A DNA stretch of 63,131 nucleotides, filler included, from Folioceros fuciformis (GCA_049999805.1; 8 parts of 8 records of this genome joined end to end with filler, not necessarily neighbours in it); one strand, 5' to 3'. Positions 22,218 to 35,081 are shown, counted from the whole stretch's first letter. Made by a program: numbers and translations. The notes: a model not told the origin generated them from the letters alone.

Positions 22218-25200
22218 TGTAGGGTTATTAAAGCCTAATGTGCTTAGACTAATGTGTTTAGTCTAAGATTAGTGTCTAGTTAAGTACCATTAGTTTATAT
22301 TAGCTTAAGCTAATTTGTAGGAAGCTTCTTGCGCAGCTTCCTATGCGCTTCTTGCGCAGCTTCCTATGCGCTTCTTGTGAAGCTTCCTCGTGATCTCTTC
22401 TAGAGGGTATATAAAAACCCTTGAGCTCCCTTGCATATTGAGACTCATTGTGAGAGTGTGACCTCTTTCTCCTCTCCTCCTTGCCTCCTTCTCTCCTCTC
22501 CTTCACCATGCAGCTCCTTTAGCGTTCCTTCAACTGGTATCAAAGCGTGGTTGTGGAGCTTGGATTGTGGAGCAAGGGTGATGGCTCGGGTTGCTGCAGA
22601 CAAGGTGCACAAGGCGGCTTCGGAGTGAGCACGTTGCTGGGTGCAAGGGTCTCTAACCCCCATCCAGTGTGGAGCAAGAGCAGGAGCCGGAGACCCGGCC
22701 GCAGCCACAGGAGGGCACAGCGGGCACAAGAGGGGTGGAGTGCGCCCAGGTGCCTGCCATCCCGTAGGGTGTGCCCCAGGCCGCGGGCGCAAAGGGTGCC
22801 CCGGGCGCAAGGCCAGGGTGTTAGGGCGCGGCTAGGACCCAGCCAGCCCGCGGGGGGGCGGGCAGACCCTGGCAGCGAGCGGCACCAAGCCGCAAGACCC
22901 CGGGGCTCCTAGGGCACGGGTAGGCAGCGTAGACCCCCCCGGGTTGGGGGTGGCAGGCTGTCAGGCCCCCCCCCCGGGCGGGGGGGTGGTAGCCCGCTAG
23001 ACCCTCGACCGCCAGCCCGTGGCCCTGGCCAGGGGTGCCGCCTGACGCGGGCGCCGGCCTGACAGCGCCAGACGCGGACGGCTGGGCGCGAGACGTCTGA
23101 TTGTATCAGGCTAGCCGGCAAAGCAGACAAGGCCAGCGGGCCAGTCGAGCCAAGGCATCGCGGACGCCGGGGCGCCAGAGCACGGACGTCGCGGAAGTCA
23201 AGGTGCAAGTAATACAAGCGACGCGGGTGCGAACGACGTAAGCACGGGCTAGTTGGGATCTTGGCCGCGAGGCAGCGAGATCTCAATCGAAGGATTTAGG
23301 CCCGTCGAGTCGGCTTATGGACAAACAACGTAAATCTCGTAGTCATAACAATGTTGAGTGTTACCATGGTCACAAGAAGGGTCACATCAGAAGGGATTGC
23401 AAAAAGTTCAAGAAGGACAAAGGAAAGGAGAAGAAGCAGAGCGGCAATAAGGCAAGTCCAAGTGTCAAGCATGACGAGGTGAACTCTGTTGATGATGGAG
23501 ATGTTCTTACCTCTTCTTCCTTTGATTTTGCACAACTGACAGCCGTGGAAAGTCACTTATTCTCTAATTGGATAATTGACTCTGGAGCATCTTTCCATGT
23601 TACTCCGCATAGGGAGTGGTTTAGCACTTATGATGCTACAAGGAAAGGATATGTTCGGCTTGGAAATAACTACGCATGCAAGATTGCAGGCGTTGGTGAT
23701 GTGCAGTTGAAGTTCGACAATGGATCTTCATTCGTATTGAAGGAAGTTAGGCATGTTCCGAAGTTGACCAAAAGCATGATTAGCGCAGGGCAGTTGGATG
23801 ACTCTGGCTACCACTGTTGGTTTGGAGATTGTTCTTGGAAGATCTCCAAAGGTTCTCTTGTGTTAGCTCGTGGATCGAAGTGTAGCACTTTGTACTCACT
23901 TCAGGTAACCATTGTCAAGGATCATGTGATTTGTGTAACGGAACAGCGAAGTGTTTCCTTGTGGCATAGTCGGTTAGGACATATGTCTCAAAAAGGAATG
24001 AAGATCTTATCTCGTTTGGTTACGTCCCTGTTTTTTACTTCTCCGATTTCTCCGTGTGTGAGCACTGTTTGTATGGCAAACAAACAAAGTCACCACATGG
24101 AGCAAGAGGTAAACACAAAAGTAAACCTCTTAAATTGGTTCAAATTGACTGACAAGAACAAGTGGGAGAAGGCGATGCAGTTGCAGATGGATTCGCTTCA
24201 TCAGAACCAAACTTGGGAGTTGGTCCGGTTGCCTAGGAGCAAGAAGGCGTTGCCATGCAAATGGGTGTATAAGATGAAGGACATACCCCATTATGGCAAA
24301 CCCAAGTACAAGGCACGATTGGTTGCTAAGGGTTTTAAGCAACAGCAAGGGTTTGACTTTGATGAGATTTTCTCACCAGTTGTCAAAATGAGCACCTTGC
24401 GATGTGTTCTTGGTCTAGTTGCGAGAAACGACATGGAACTTGTCCAGATGGATGTGAAGGCGGCATTTCTGCATGGTGATCTCTAGGAAGAGGTATACAT
24501 GCAACGACCAGAGGGTTTCATTGAGAAGGGCAAAGAGTATCTGGTGTGCAGGTTAAAGAAGAGCCTTTATGGTTTGAAACAGGCACCCAAGGAGTGGTAT
24601 TACAAGTTCCACTCATTTATGCTTTCTTAAGGCTACAAACGTAGCGAGGAGAATCATTGACTCTATACGAAGCACGCTAAGGATGGAAGCTTGTTCATTT
24701 TGGTCCTCTATGTGGATGATATGCTAATTGCAAGGAATAGCAGTAATGAGATTTCAGCGTTGAAGTCAAAGTTGAATGCTCGCTTTGATATGATAGACTT
24801 GGGAGAGGCAAGCCATATTCTTGGCATGCGTCTTCGTCAAGATAGACAGAAGCGTTTTCTTTACTTGTCTCAGACTGAATACATTAACAAGGTGCTTCAA
24901 CGTATCAACATGGAGAAGGGGAAGGTATTGAGTACTCCGTTGCCTCCATATGTGAAACTTTCGAGCAAGGATTGCCCAAGTTCTGCGGAGGACAAAGCTG
25001 AAATGGAGAAGGTTCCATACTCATCAACTGTAGGGAGTTTGATGTATGCAATGATTGCTACACCTCTTGACATTGCCTTTGTAGTGGGAGTGGTTAGCAG
25101 GTTTATGTCCAACCCTGGCAGAAAGCATTGGGAGGCAATGAAAGGAGTTATGAGGTACTTGAATGGTATGAAAGCTTTGTGCTTATGTTTTGGTAGTGAA

Positions 25201-26007
25201 GATGCATATGTCGTGGGATATACGGATGCTGATTATGCAGGGGATATGGACAAAAGGAGGTCCACATCAGGTTATGTCTTCATGTGCACTGGAGGGGCAG
25301 TCTCATGGCGATCTCGTTTGCAATCGTGCATAACGCTATCTACCATAGAGGCCGAGTATGTTGCAGCGACTGAGGCGTGCAAGGAAGCCATGTGCACATG
25401 CTTGCTCGTTTAGTGGGATATTTGGGGATCAAGGTTGAGCTGCGAGTGTTGCATTGTGATAGCCAGAGTGCTATCCAATTGGCGAAGAATCCAGTGTTTC
25501 ATGAGAAGACCAAACATGTGGAAGTGAAGTACCACTTCATTCAAGATGTGTTGGAAGACAAGAGGGTACAACTTGTCAAAGTTCACACCAGTCATAACCC
25601 TGCAGATGTTCTTACTAAGGGGCTCTCTTCGGACCAATTCGCACAAGCTCGGACACTCATGGGCATGAGGTAGACTGCTCTCCTATAAAGGTAAATTGGC
25701 CTTCAAGTGGAAAGTTGTAGGGTTATTAAAGCCCCATGTGCTTTGACTAATGTGTTTAGTCTAAGATTAGTGTCTAGTTAAGTACCATTAGTTTAAATTA
25801 GCTTAAGCTAATCTGTAGGAAGCTTCTTGCACAGCTTCCTATGCACTTCTTGTGAAGCTTCCTAGGTAGCTCTTCTAGAGGGTATATAAACCTCCTTGAG
25901 CTCCCTTGCATAAAGACTCGTTGTGAGAGTGTGACCTCTCTTTCTCCTCTCCTGCTTGCCTCCTTCTCTCCTCTCCTTCACCATGCAGCTCCTTTAGTGT
26001 TCCTTCA
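22218..26007 (+). mobile_element. Tnt1/Tork-like copia deletion derivative with two LTRs (22218-22532, 25716-26007)
   Basis: TG...CA LTR pair, PBS TGGTATCAAAGC 22535-22546, purine tract before the 3' LTR; no matching target-site duplication (TSD). Confidence 0.9.
23317..25673 (+). pseudogene. gag-pol remnant: knuckle, PR, RT, RNase H; integrase core and gag N-terminus missing
   Basis: WIIDSGASFH, LWHSRLGH, jump near 24143 to DKNKWEKAM, LYVDDM, KTKHVEV; stops and frameshifts. Confidence 0.92.
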
Positions 26008-26640
26008 AAGAGGCCGAGGCACAAGAAAAGCTAATCGAGGCCAAAGCGAGTTGGCAGCACCTGGAAGAAATTCGGCAGACCCTGAGCGCGGCCAAGGAGC
26101 AAGTAGAGAAGGAAGCCCGCCAAGCTCGAGAGGAAGTGCACACGCTGAAGGAGCAACATGAATCGCTCCTAGCTCAGGTGAGAGGCCCATGGGACTAACT
26201 AGGAAATGCAACAGGAATTACTGAAGGCTCAAGAACAGGAAGTGTCTGCAGAGGAGAAAGTGCAGAAGCTGGCGGTTAGGTACAAGCAGGAATAGAACGA
26301 AGCTCGAAGCAGAGTGAAAGAGAAGGGCAGAGCCAGACAAAGTAGCTGAGTTGCAACAGAGGTAGCTGAAGAGGCTACCGGTCGGAGAGAGACCACACCG
26401 GTAGAGGAGAGCCCGACCAAGGTAGTAGAAGAAGCAGCCGTCAAGGAACCTGCAACCGGCAGAGCTGGAATGGCAACTCACACCAGGAGGACGGAGCAGG
26501 GAGGAGCAATAGCTGGGGGAATGGAAGATCTTCCAGCGCCATTGGAAAGTAGAGGGCAGGCAATCCGGAATAGCCCACGGGAGGAGGGAGTAAGCACTTC
26601 ATCTGCAATAGAGGATCAGATTGTATTGCAATATCAGGAT
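26008..26640 (+). pseudogene. Decayed E/K/Q-rich coiled-coil ORF, probably a retroelement accessory ORF; likely continues from 22050-22217
   Basis: AEAQEKLIEAKASWQHLEEIRQTLSAAKEQVEKEARQAREEVHTLKEQHE, with stops. Confidence 0.45.
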
Positions 26641-27000
26641 GAGGCCACTTATTTTCCTAGCCTTTATGTGGATGGAGCCCGTGTGCTAAAATTGACTGTA
26701 TATGTGCGTGTGGGATTAGGAGGAACAAGGGGCTACTGCCTGCAGCTGAGTACTCGCAGGGGGTGTAGAGCAAAAAATATTTGCGAACCCCCTTCTTGAG
26801 TGACAGATTTGGTGGACTTTAGTTTTTTGTGTGAAGTGAAGGAGAAAGCGGCTTAGGTTGAGAATAAAATAGGGGTATCTATACACAAGACCTCCTTGGA
26901 CCATGGGGTTTTGGAGTGGACCAATAATCAGGCCAGATGTCCGGGGGGCTGATTGGTCCTTGGGTCTTGGTAGTGGAATGAGCACTGGGGAGTCTAAATA

Positions 27001-29712
27001 TGTAGACCCCCCCCCCCCCCCGTATATTAGAAATAAGAAATGACCCCTAGGGGAGGCAGGTTGTGGACTTAGACTAGGAAATAAGAGAGTTGTGACTCAG
27101 CAACGGTCGGGGAAGATGAACCACTGTCATGGAAGGGACAACTGGTGGTGGAACTCCGGAGGGTAGTAGAATCGAAGTGGCCAGCAGCGGAAACCATAAT
27201 TAGGACTAGGGGAGGAGGTTGATTGTTCCTTGACCTTCGGCCTTTGAACAATTCACAAAAGCCTATACAAGGAGGAACCCCATAGCTATAGAGTCAGGTT
27301 GTGATTGGGGTCAGCTTGGGCATAGGACGTTGTTGTCTGTGGACTTCGGCTGAGAAGGGAGGTAGCCGAAGCTCAGTGACGGTCGCAGAAGGTGGAAGGT
27401 GGTCACAGAAGGGGCAACCGGTAGTGGAAGCCAGTGGCAGTCGTGGAAACGAGGCGGCCATCAGCGGATGGAAACCCTAAGAGGAAGGGCAAGGTCAAAC
27501 GGAGAGCTCTACGACTGAGGTAGTGAGAGCCACTACCGGTAGATTAGAGACGACTCCGGTAGTGGGAAGCTCTATCGCCGTTGGGAAAGAAGCGAGTTGC
27601 GGAATCCCCTACTTACACCAGGAGGACTGGAATGGAAACAGCTGCAGCTAGAATGACAGGAGGCACTCCAGCATCCTTGGAGGGCCAGAAGAACGGGTAA
27701 GGGGAGAGCGTGGCGCTAAGGTAAGCCAAGAGTGGTTGCATCTTAAAATAGAATTTAGATAAGATTTGGCAAGATGCGATCTTGACTTGATGCTGCCTGC
27801 CATTAAGGGCACTTTTTCAAGTTGACTGTTTTTAGAACTAGACTTTATGAAGGGCTGTGGCTCCCGCTCTGGAAACTCTGTATAAAGGGGCCTGTTGGTG
27901 CCTCTCTAATCAACAAATGTTGGAGACACTTCCCGGTTGAGATCCCTGCGCTGTCCATGGCTGGATTGGAGATGTCTGGGTGGGCAGTGTGTGCGAGATG
28001 CTCCTAGGGGTGGTCGAGAGCTTTTGCTCCACAGCTGGTAGTGAGGGGGACAAATCTGCCAATTGCACAGAGAGGAAGGAGAGCCTCTCCTTCCCTTATT
28101 CCCTGAACGGCTAGTTGTGTTCTATAGTGGAAACTGAGGGGGACAAATCTGCCAATTGTGTAGAGTGGAAGGAGAGCTTCTCCTTCCCTTATTCCCTCAA
28201 CGGCCGACTATGGTCCATGGTGAGTGGTGAGGGGGACGAATCCGTCAGCTGCGTGGAGTGGAAGAGGAGTGCCTCCTTCCCTTATTCCCTGAAGTGTTGG
28301 CTATGTTTCAAATCAAGGGTTGAAGCGAGTGTGAGAGAAGAGCGTGTGTGGGAAGGAGAAGAAGGCTGAGGGAGTGAGTGAGTTGAGAAGGAGAAGAAGG
28401 CTCAGGGAGCGAGTGAGTTGAGAAGGAGAAGAAGGCTGAGGGAGCGAGTGAGTTGAGAAGGAGAACAAGGCTGAGGGAGCGAGTGAGTTGAGAAGGAGAA
28501 GAAGGCTGAGGGAGCGAGTGAGTTGAGAAGGAGAATAAGGCTGAGGGAGTGAGTGAGTTGAGAAGGAGAAGAAGGCTGAAGGAGTGAGTGAAGAGAAGGA
28601 GTGAGTGAGGATTGATTGTGGTCCGTAGTTGAGGAGAGGGGGACGAATCTACCCGCTGCGTGGAGTGGAGGGAGAGTTTCTCCTTCCCTTATTCCCTGAA
28701 CCATCGGCTGCGTTCTGAATCTGGTGAGGAAGAGGGACCTGAGAGACTAAGGAGAAGGAAGATTGCTGGAGAACTGAAGAGAATCGCTGAGAAATTGTTG
28801 GGAGGTTGAGAAAGACTGCTGAGGCTTGGACGAGATGGCTGGGGAATTTCTGAGGAATTCCTGGACGTTTGTGGGGGACTGTGGAAGGTTGCTAAAGAAC
28901 TAAAGAAAACAGTTGAGAAATTGTTGTATGATTGAGGAAGAGTGCTGAAGATTGGATGCGAATCCTGGAGATTTTCTAAGAGATTTTGAAGTGTTTGTGA
29001 GCAGCTATTGGAGATTGTTGAAGCTTGTGAGGGATTGTGAGGGGTTGCGAAGGATTGTGAAGGATTTGCTGGAGATTTGGAAACATTGCTGAGGATTGGA
29101 GACATTTGGAGACAGGCATGTGAGGAATAACTATTAACCAGAGCTCTTGTGTGTGTTTTGCATGTGTGTATGAGTGTGTATGGGAGTGTGGCTAATCCAT
29201 GGGGTCTTGTTCCCTAAGGATTAGCACTTGCATGTGTGAGGAGCATTCAATAAGCCAGATTTGTGAGTCTAGGAGCCCCTGGGTAGAAACTCGTGGGTGG
29301 AAACCTACGGCGGTGCATGCGCCAGAATTTAATTAGTTAGGGTTTTGGGTGGGACCCACTTCCAGTCGTGGAACCCACTACCGGTCGTGGAGTAGGGAGT
29401 AGAGTCGTAGAGTGGGGCCCGCGATGGCTCGAATAACTCAGGGGTAGTGGAATCCGCTACCGGTTGTGGAGACCCCTACCGGTCATTGAGAAGCTGGTAG
29501 TTGTAGATACCCCTACCTCAATGGCGGAATGAGGCTTGGAGTCGCAGAGTCGAGTTGTGGTTGCTAGGCCATCTAAGAGGTAGTGGTAGTAGAACCTGTA
29601 GGTAGTAGAACTATGGGTCGGTAAAGCCTGACCTAGGTTAGAGCCGACTTGTAGAAAAAACCTGTGTTATTTGGCACAAATCATTCCCTTGGGATTGAAT
29701 CCCACGGCTACA
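27001..29712. mobile_element. Candidate 2.7-kb LTR
   Basis: Termini TGTAG...CTACA and internal tandem repeats; no TSD or PBS seen. Confidence 0.4.
28352..28597. repeat. 7 x 35-bp purine-rich tandem repeat; a separate unit of about 70 bp recurs near 28043, 28137, 28229 and 28635
   Basis: GAAGGAGAAGAAGGCTGAGGGAGYGAGTGAGTTGA read directly. Confidence 0.95.
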
Positions 29713-30273
29713 ACGACATAGAGGGTTTGTGTGGACCTTGCGGTACCCCCAGGTACAATATTTTCCTCCACATTTTGCCATTGTTGCCAAGGAATGTATT
29801 GATGTCAAGAACATAGGTAGGAGTAACTAATACCTGAACTGAGAGTCTAGATAGAGTGGCTTGAATCGAGAGTCTAGGTAGTGATAGGTTGATGGATGCC
29901 TCGAGTGAAGACCAGTGACTCTGAGCCTGATTGTGCAGAACCACCGTTGGTAAAGTGGCAATGCCAGGCAGCGGAGAGGTTGCAGAGGGTCGCCAAAAGG
30001 TCGAAGTGGGAGAGCACACTTGCTGGACGAGGAAGAGGGACAAGGAGCTAGCATGGAACTGAAGGTCATATTTCATTTGAGTTAGATATGCAACTCTTGG
30101 GGCTTGGAGGAGGTATCTAGGCCCAGGTCCCCCAATCCGAGCCTGCCGGTTGATCTCTAGTCTAGATTGCCTCGCTCAACTTCAGTCCAGGCAAACTTCG
30201 TGGGTGTAGAAGTCAGTTCAGGCACGGTAGGTGCATGTGCTACTCCAGTCGCTGTAAGCACTACCACGATAGC

Positions 30274-30522
30274 TATGACTACTATTGGGCAAACCCTAAT
30301 ACCCCACAAAGGGGTAAATAGGTTAGATTATTTTACGACTTCGAACTTTAGTTAGACCGCAAGTTAGGTGTTAGGTTAGGAACGGTTGTGGCGGTTACAC
30401 GCCATCAGACCGGTGCTTATCTAGCACCTTAGACCTTGAACGCCGCTGCTATCTTGCAATGTACTAAGCTCTACGCTATGAATCTATGCGCACTCTCCAT
30501 TTTAGTCACATGGTATCAGAGC
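30274..30522 (+). mobile_element. 5' LTR plus tRNA-iMet PBS (30511-30522) of an element cut by the contig end
   Basis: AGTCACA|TGGTATCAGAGC; start inferred from the near-inverted terminus TATGACT. Confidence 0.7.
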
Positions 30523-31544
30523 CATCTTCCAATTCACGTGCGCATCGATGCGGCGACACCTTGAGCATACAATTTGGTGGATGAACTACCTCTCCCAGTT
30601 CATGGACCAGGAGCTCGCATTTCTGATTCAGCGGGCAATCCAGGCCATGCTTGCGAGNNNNNNNNNNNNNNNNNNNNNNNNNNNNNNNNNNNNNNNNNNN
30701 NTTAATTAATTAANNNNNNNNNNNNNNNNNNNNNNNNNNNNNNNNNNNNNNNNNNNNGGAGTATGAGTCAGGTGAGATTTGAGAGTCCTGTACTCCATGG
30801 AATTCTTCGTGAGTGTGGTTCACGTTTTGTGAACTAACGAACGGCATGTGGTACGGAGATTTCAGATTGTAGAGACTTTAATCGATTCCCAGTTTCAGAT
30901 TGTAGAGACTTTAATCGATTCCCAGTCCGGAGGCAGAGCTCTTGTGTTTGCAGAAAATCATGCCCAGGTAATTTTGCCGACTTAACACCTGAAGCCTAGG
31001 GATTCTGGAGTGATACGGGGCACGTATGCACCCTCCGTGGTCGCTCATTGGGGTCCACGTCACGGTCTATTCCGTCGTAGGGTCCTGATAGGATCTACGG
31101 GTACTTAAAATTTTATTTTGAAAGATCCTCAACTCTTCAGAAGGAAAAAAAACCTCATGCTAAGGTGTTTCCTAAGCTCAAGAATGTTTCCTAAGCTCAA
31201 GAATGTTTCCTAAGCTCAAGAATGTTTCCTAAGCTCAAGAACCTCATAGCCAAGTTGTTTCCTATGCTTAAGAACCTCGTGCACATTTTCGATGCATCAA
31301 GCTACCCCTGACCCTAATGGCTATTGATAGTAGCTAAACCATGAATGTCCAAGCTAGTAAGGAAAAAGAGTTTCACTACCATGTCCAAGCTAGTAAGGAA
31401 AAAGAGTTTCACTACCACTAGAGTCCTAGGTCCTCCAAGCTACTAAGGAGAAAGAGTCTTCACTACCACTAGAGTCCTAGGTCCTGGCATCGAGCAAGGG
31501 TCTAATTACTACTAGAGTCATAGGAAGCTTCCAATCTTGGGACC

Positions 31545-31830
31545 TAGGAAGCTGCGCAAAAAGCGCATGGGAAGCTGCGCAAGAAGCGCAAGGGAAGTTG
31601 CGCAATAAGTGCATGGGAAGCTGAGTAATAAGCACATCATAAGCTGCGCAAGAAGCGCAAGGGAAGTTGCGCAATAAGTGCATGGGAAGCTGCGTAATAA
31701 GCGCATCATAAGCTGCGCAAGAAGCTTCCAACTGATTAGCTTAAGCTAATATAAACTAATGGTACTTAACTAGATGCTAATCTTACACTAAACACATTAG
31801 TATAAGCACATTGGACTTTATTAACCCTAT
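31545..31830 (-). repeat. Partial LTR of the 22218 family with expanded 20-bp unit (about 9-10 copies)
   Basis: Reverse complement of the LTR 5' half; GAAGCTGCGCAAGAAGCGCA-type array. Confidence 0.85.
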
Positions 31831-32928
31831 TAAAAGTCCAAAACATGAGACACTATGCTTGACCATGGAGAAAATTCTAAAACATGGGACACAATGCTTG
31901 ACCATGGAGAAAAATCTAAAACGTCATGTTGGAGTGACTTCGTTTATGTAGAACCAACCAACCGGGCAAGTGGATGGATGGGTGCATGAGTTACAATGCT
32001 TGAGCATGGAGAAAAGTTTAAAATGTTAGGCTAGAGTGATTTCTTCTATGAAGAACTAGCCAACCTGTGTACAGACAAGAAGAGGGAGGGGCTGGTGGGA
32101 GGAGGAAGAAGCAAAAGAAGGAGAAAAAATAAGTGTCCTCCTTATGCTTGTTGTTGCCTTAGTTGTCAATCTGACATAACTTCTCTAGTCATGCACACCC
32201 TAGTCAAAGTCCTCTCTAGAGTTTTCTTCGATAATGATCCTTCCCTTTTAGACCTATAAGTAGTTTAGCTTCTTTCACAAGCTCTAAGACTTGGTTAATG
32301 GCTACCGCAATAGACTTTGGCCTTACCACTTCTACAATCTAAAATCAAAGAGCAAATCAAACATTAAAAATTAATAATAACAATAATTGTAACAACTTCG
32401 GCTGACTGTACACAGAGAGAGACTTCAAATAGTCCTAATTTATTAATTCCAAGACTTAGTTAATGGCTACCGCAATAGACTTTGGCCTTACCACTTCTAC
32501 AATCTAAAATCAAAGAAAAAATCAAACATTAAAAATTAATAATAACAATAATTATAACACCTTTGGCGGATTGTACACAGAGAGATTTTTAATAGTCCCA
32601 ATTTATTAATTCCATAGTGTACGACCAACCTTACTAGGGCAGTGGAGGTTTGCTTCGTCCTAATAATTGATGTTAATCCCAGTAGGATGTTGTTTTAATA
32701 GCAACATGCCAAGGCACTAAGCCTCCAACTGCCCTGAGCCAAAAAGGTAGATAACGTATGTTACCTTTTGTTAAGTGTGTACGAAGTTCAGCCACCACGT
32801 TCCCTTTTGCTAGGTGTGTAAGGAGTTTGACCACAAGGTTTCCTTATGCCATGTTTGGAAGAAGTTAAACCACACTATTAGTGATCCAATAGTCCATGGT
32901 GCTCCAATGTCATGTGCATTGTTCCACT

Positions 32929-33221
32929 TGAAGGATAGCTCCAGGAGCTACATGGTGAAGGAGGAGAGGAGGAGGCAAGGAGGAGAGGAGAAAGAGAGGT
33001 CACACTCTCACAATGAGTCTTAATATGCAAGGGAGCTCAAGGGGGTATTTATACCCTCTAGAAGAGCTCCCTAGGAAGCTTCACAAGAAGCGCACAGGAA
33101 GCTGCGCAAGAAGCTTCCTACAGATTAGCTTAAGCTAATCTAAACTAATGAATACTTATCTAGACACTAATCTTAGACTAAACACATTAGTCTAAACAAA
33201 TTGGGCTTTAATAACCCTACA
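32929..33221 (-). mobile_element. Solo LTR of the 22218 family
   Basis: Full-length reverse-complement match; flanks CCACT / CCACC (4 of 5 TSD positions). Confidence 0.9.
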
Positions 33222-33379
33222 CCACCATGGTCATGAGTGAATGTTTTGAAACCTACAACAAATAATACATACATGAATGCCAAGATGCTCATTATTGTTA
33301 CATCTACACCTATTTTGTAATTAGAGGCAAAGTTTCGAAAGTGTCCGTCTGTAAGAAGGATTTATTTGTGAAACGACGA

Positions 33380-33620
33380 GTACATTGATCTCGGTGTCCA
33401 TTTGAGGTGCGAGTGGAATATTCCATTTGGAATGCTATGAGACTAGGTATTCCAAGCACGGGCTTGCTTGAACAGGAAGCAATAGTTGTGTGTGGACGAC
33501 TAGAGCCGGAGGGCCTCATTTTTGCTGACCATGTTACTTTGCTGTGCTTGAAAAAGGCTGGTGCACAGCACTGGTGCCTTTCAGAAGAGCATGGAGGTGC
33601 ACATGCTGATTGCCCAAACA
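33380..33620 (+). pseudogene. PLS-class PPR gene fragment
   Basis: IWNAM...EAI...EGL..DHVTLLCL, then frameshifted STGAFQKSMEVHMLI, resembling PPR P/L motifs. Confidence 0.6.
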
Positions 33621-33625
33621 CTGAC

Positions 33626-33820
33626 TGTAGGGTATCAAAGGTGGGCCTATTATTAATGCATATCTACTGCCTAGGTTAGGGCACGTTTCGGTCTACACAC
33701 TAGATACCAAAAGTCGAACTTAAGTGAACGGTTACGAGTATGCTCGCAGCATTTCACCTATGTACTTATCGATCACGTGTCAATGCAAATCTAATCCTGA
33801 TAATTACATGGTATCAGAGC
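33626..33820 (+). mobile_element. 5' LTR plus tRNA-iMet PBS (33809-33820); element interrupted at 34088 by element E
   Basis: TAATTACA|TGGTATCAGAGC; LTR start approximate. Confidence 0.7.
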
Positions 33821-34487
33821 AGGATCCCTTCCCTCTGGTCCATTGATCCCATCCATACCAGCCACACCATAATGCCCTGCCAATTGCGACCTAGTGCCTG
33901 GTGATCAGAGGCTAAGGCGCCTTGCAAAGAAGGCAGAAAAAAAAAGCCAAATACCATCAATGGCAAAGGTCCAACAGAGAGATTCGATACCTCAAAGAGG
34001 CACAGGAAAACCTTTGTCATTATGGCTGGTTCAGGACCTGTGGTGTCCTACTTTTTAATTGGCGAAGAACTACTCCTCATAGGTCACTGACAAAATTAAT
34101 AAGAAGGTGTAAATCAATTACATTTAAGTAATTACATCATTATTTATTATCAAGAAGAAGTAAGTTAATTAAGAAACCAACTAGACTTAAACTAGCTATT
34201 GAAAGGACATGACCTTTAGCTAGAGACACAACCCTAGCGAAGCGACAAGTAGCTAAAATGAAAACCATATTCCTATTCACACTAGCTACATATGAAACGA
34301 AACCCTAAGCAATGATTCAATACACTATCTTCCATTACTCCCACTTATTGATCATTGCGAAAAAGGACTGTCTTAAGTTCGCCGAGGGGAACGTGTTCTA
34401 GCTGCCTCAGCCATGGACTCGAGGTCTGCTGCGTTACTCCCCATCGCCTTTGTACAGACATGAGTAGCTGGAGCACAACGGGGCGTA

Positions 34488-35081
34488 ATGGAATCAGGCG
34501 CTTCGAGTTCCCTCTTTAAAGCGCGCGTACAAGAACCAGTGGAGTGCGCCCTCTTCACAGTTTCCGATCTAAACAGACTGTTGGCCTTTGCCATCCTGTG
34601 CACTGCTGCGACTTCAGGTGCGCTGGTCTTTGGCATCATGTCTTCAAGAAGCAGCGGTGTCGGTGGCAGAGATAACAAGAGACTGCGGGAGTCACCGCGG
34701 GAGGAACGACCTGCGATGATTGACCCATCGCCCCTCTGTGCTGTAGAGAGGGCGAAGAAACCAAAGGGCTGGCCTACGCAGGCAGATCGCAATCTCCTGG
34801 TTCACCTGGCTAACACGAAGAGGAAGTGTGAGGAAGTCGAAGAACTACTGAAGATGACGCGCAACAAAGTCCTGGAGCTGCGAGATATGATGGCAAACGT
34901 GCCCCCAAGGAGTCCTCGAATGTTTCCTTTAGAAGTCGATGAGGTCAGGCAGCTGGTGAGGGAGCTCGTCAAATTTGGATTTGTGGGATCTGACAGTGAT
35001 GATCTGGGAATCGGCACCACCTACGATCCCTTCCCTCCCGAGAGAACTCGTAAGTCCCTCGAAATTGCTGCTGTTTGCTAA
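34488..35081 (+). CDS. Antisense ORF of element E (197 aa; alternative start MSSRSS at 34638)
   Basis: Open frame between PPT and pol stop; basic region and helical segment LANTKRKCEEVEELLKMTRNKVLELRDMM. Confidence 0.6.
   Translation: MESGASSSLFKARVQEPVECALFTVSDLNRLLAFAILCTAATSGALVFGIMSSRSSGVGGRDNKRLRESPREERPAMIDPSPLCAVERAKKPKGWPTQADRNLLVHLANTKRKCEEVEELLKMTRNKVLELRDMMANVPPRSPRMFPLEVDEVRQLVRELVKFGFVGSDSDDLGIGTTYDPFPPERTRKSLEIAAVC

Noticed and set aside
28352-28597. CRISPR-like 35-bp periodicity (also 1741-1960 and 56775-56944)
   Set aside because: Head-to-tail repeats without unique spacers, no cas genes, eukaryotic context.
33316-33808. Longer LTR defined by the TGTAATTA...TAATTACA inverted ends
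   Set aside because: It would include the PPR remnant; a start at 33626 fits better, though this is not proven.
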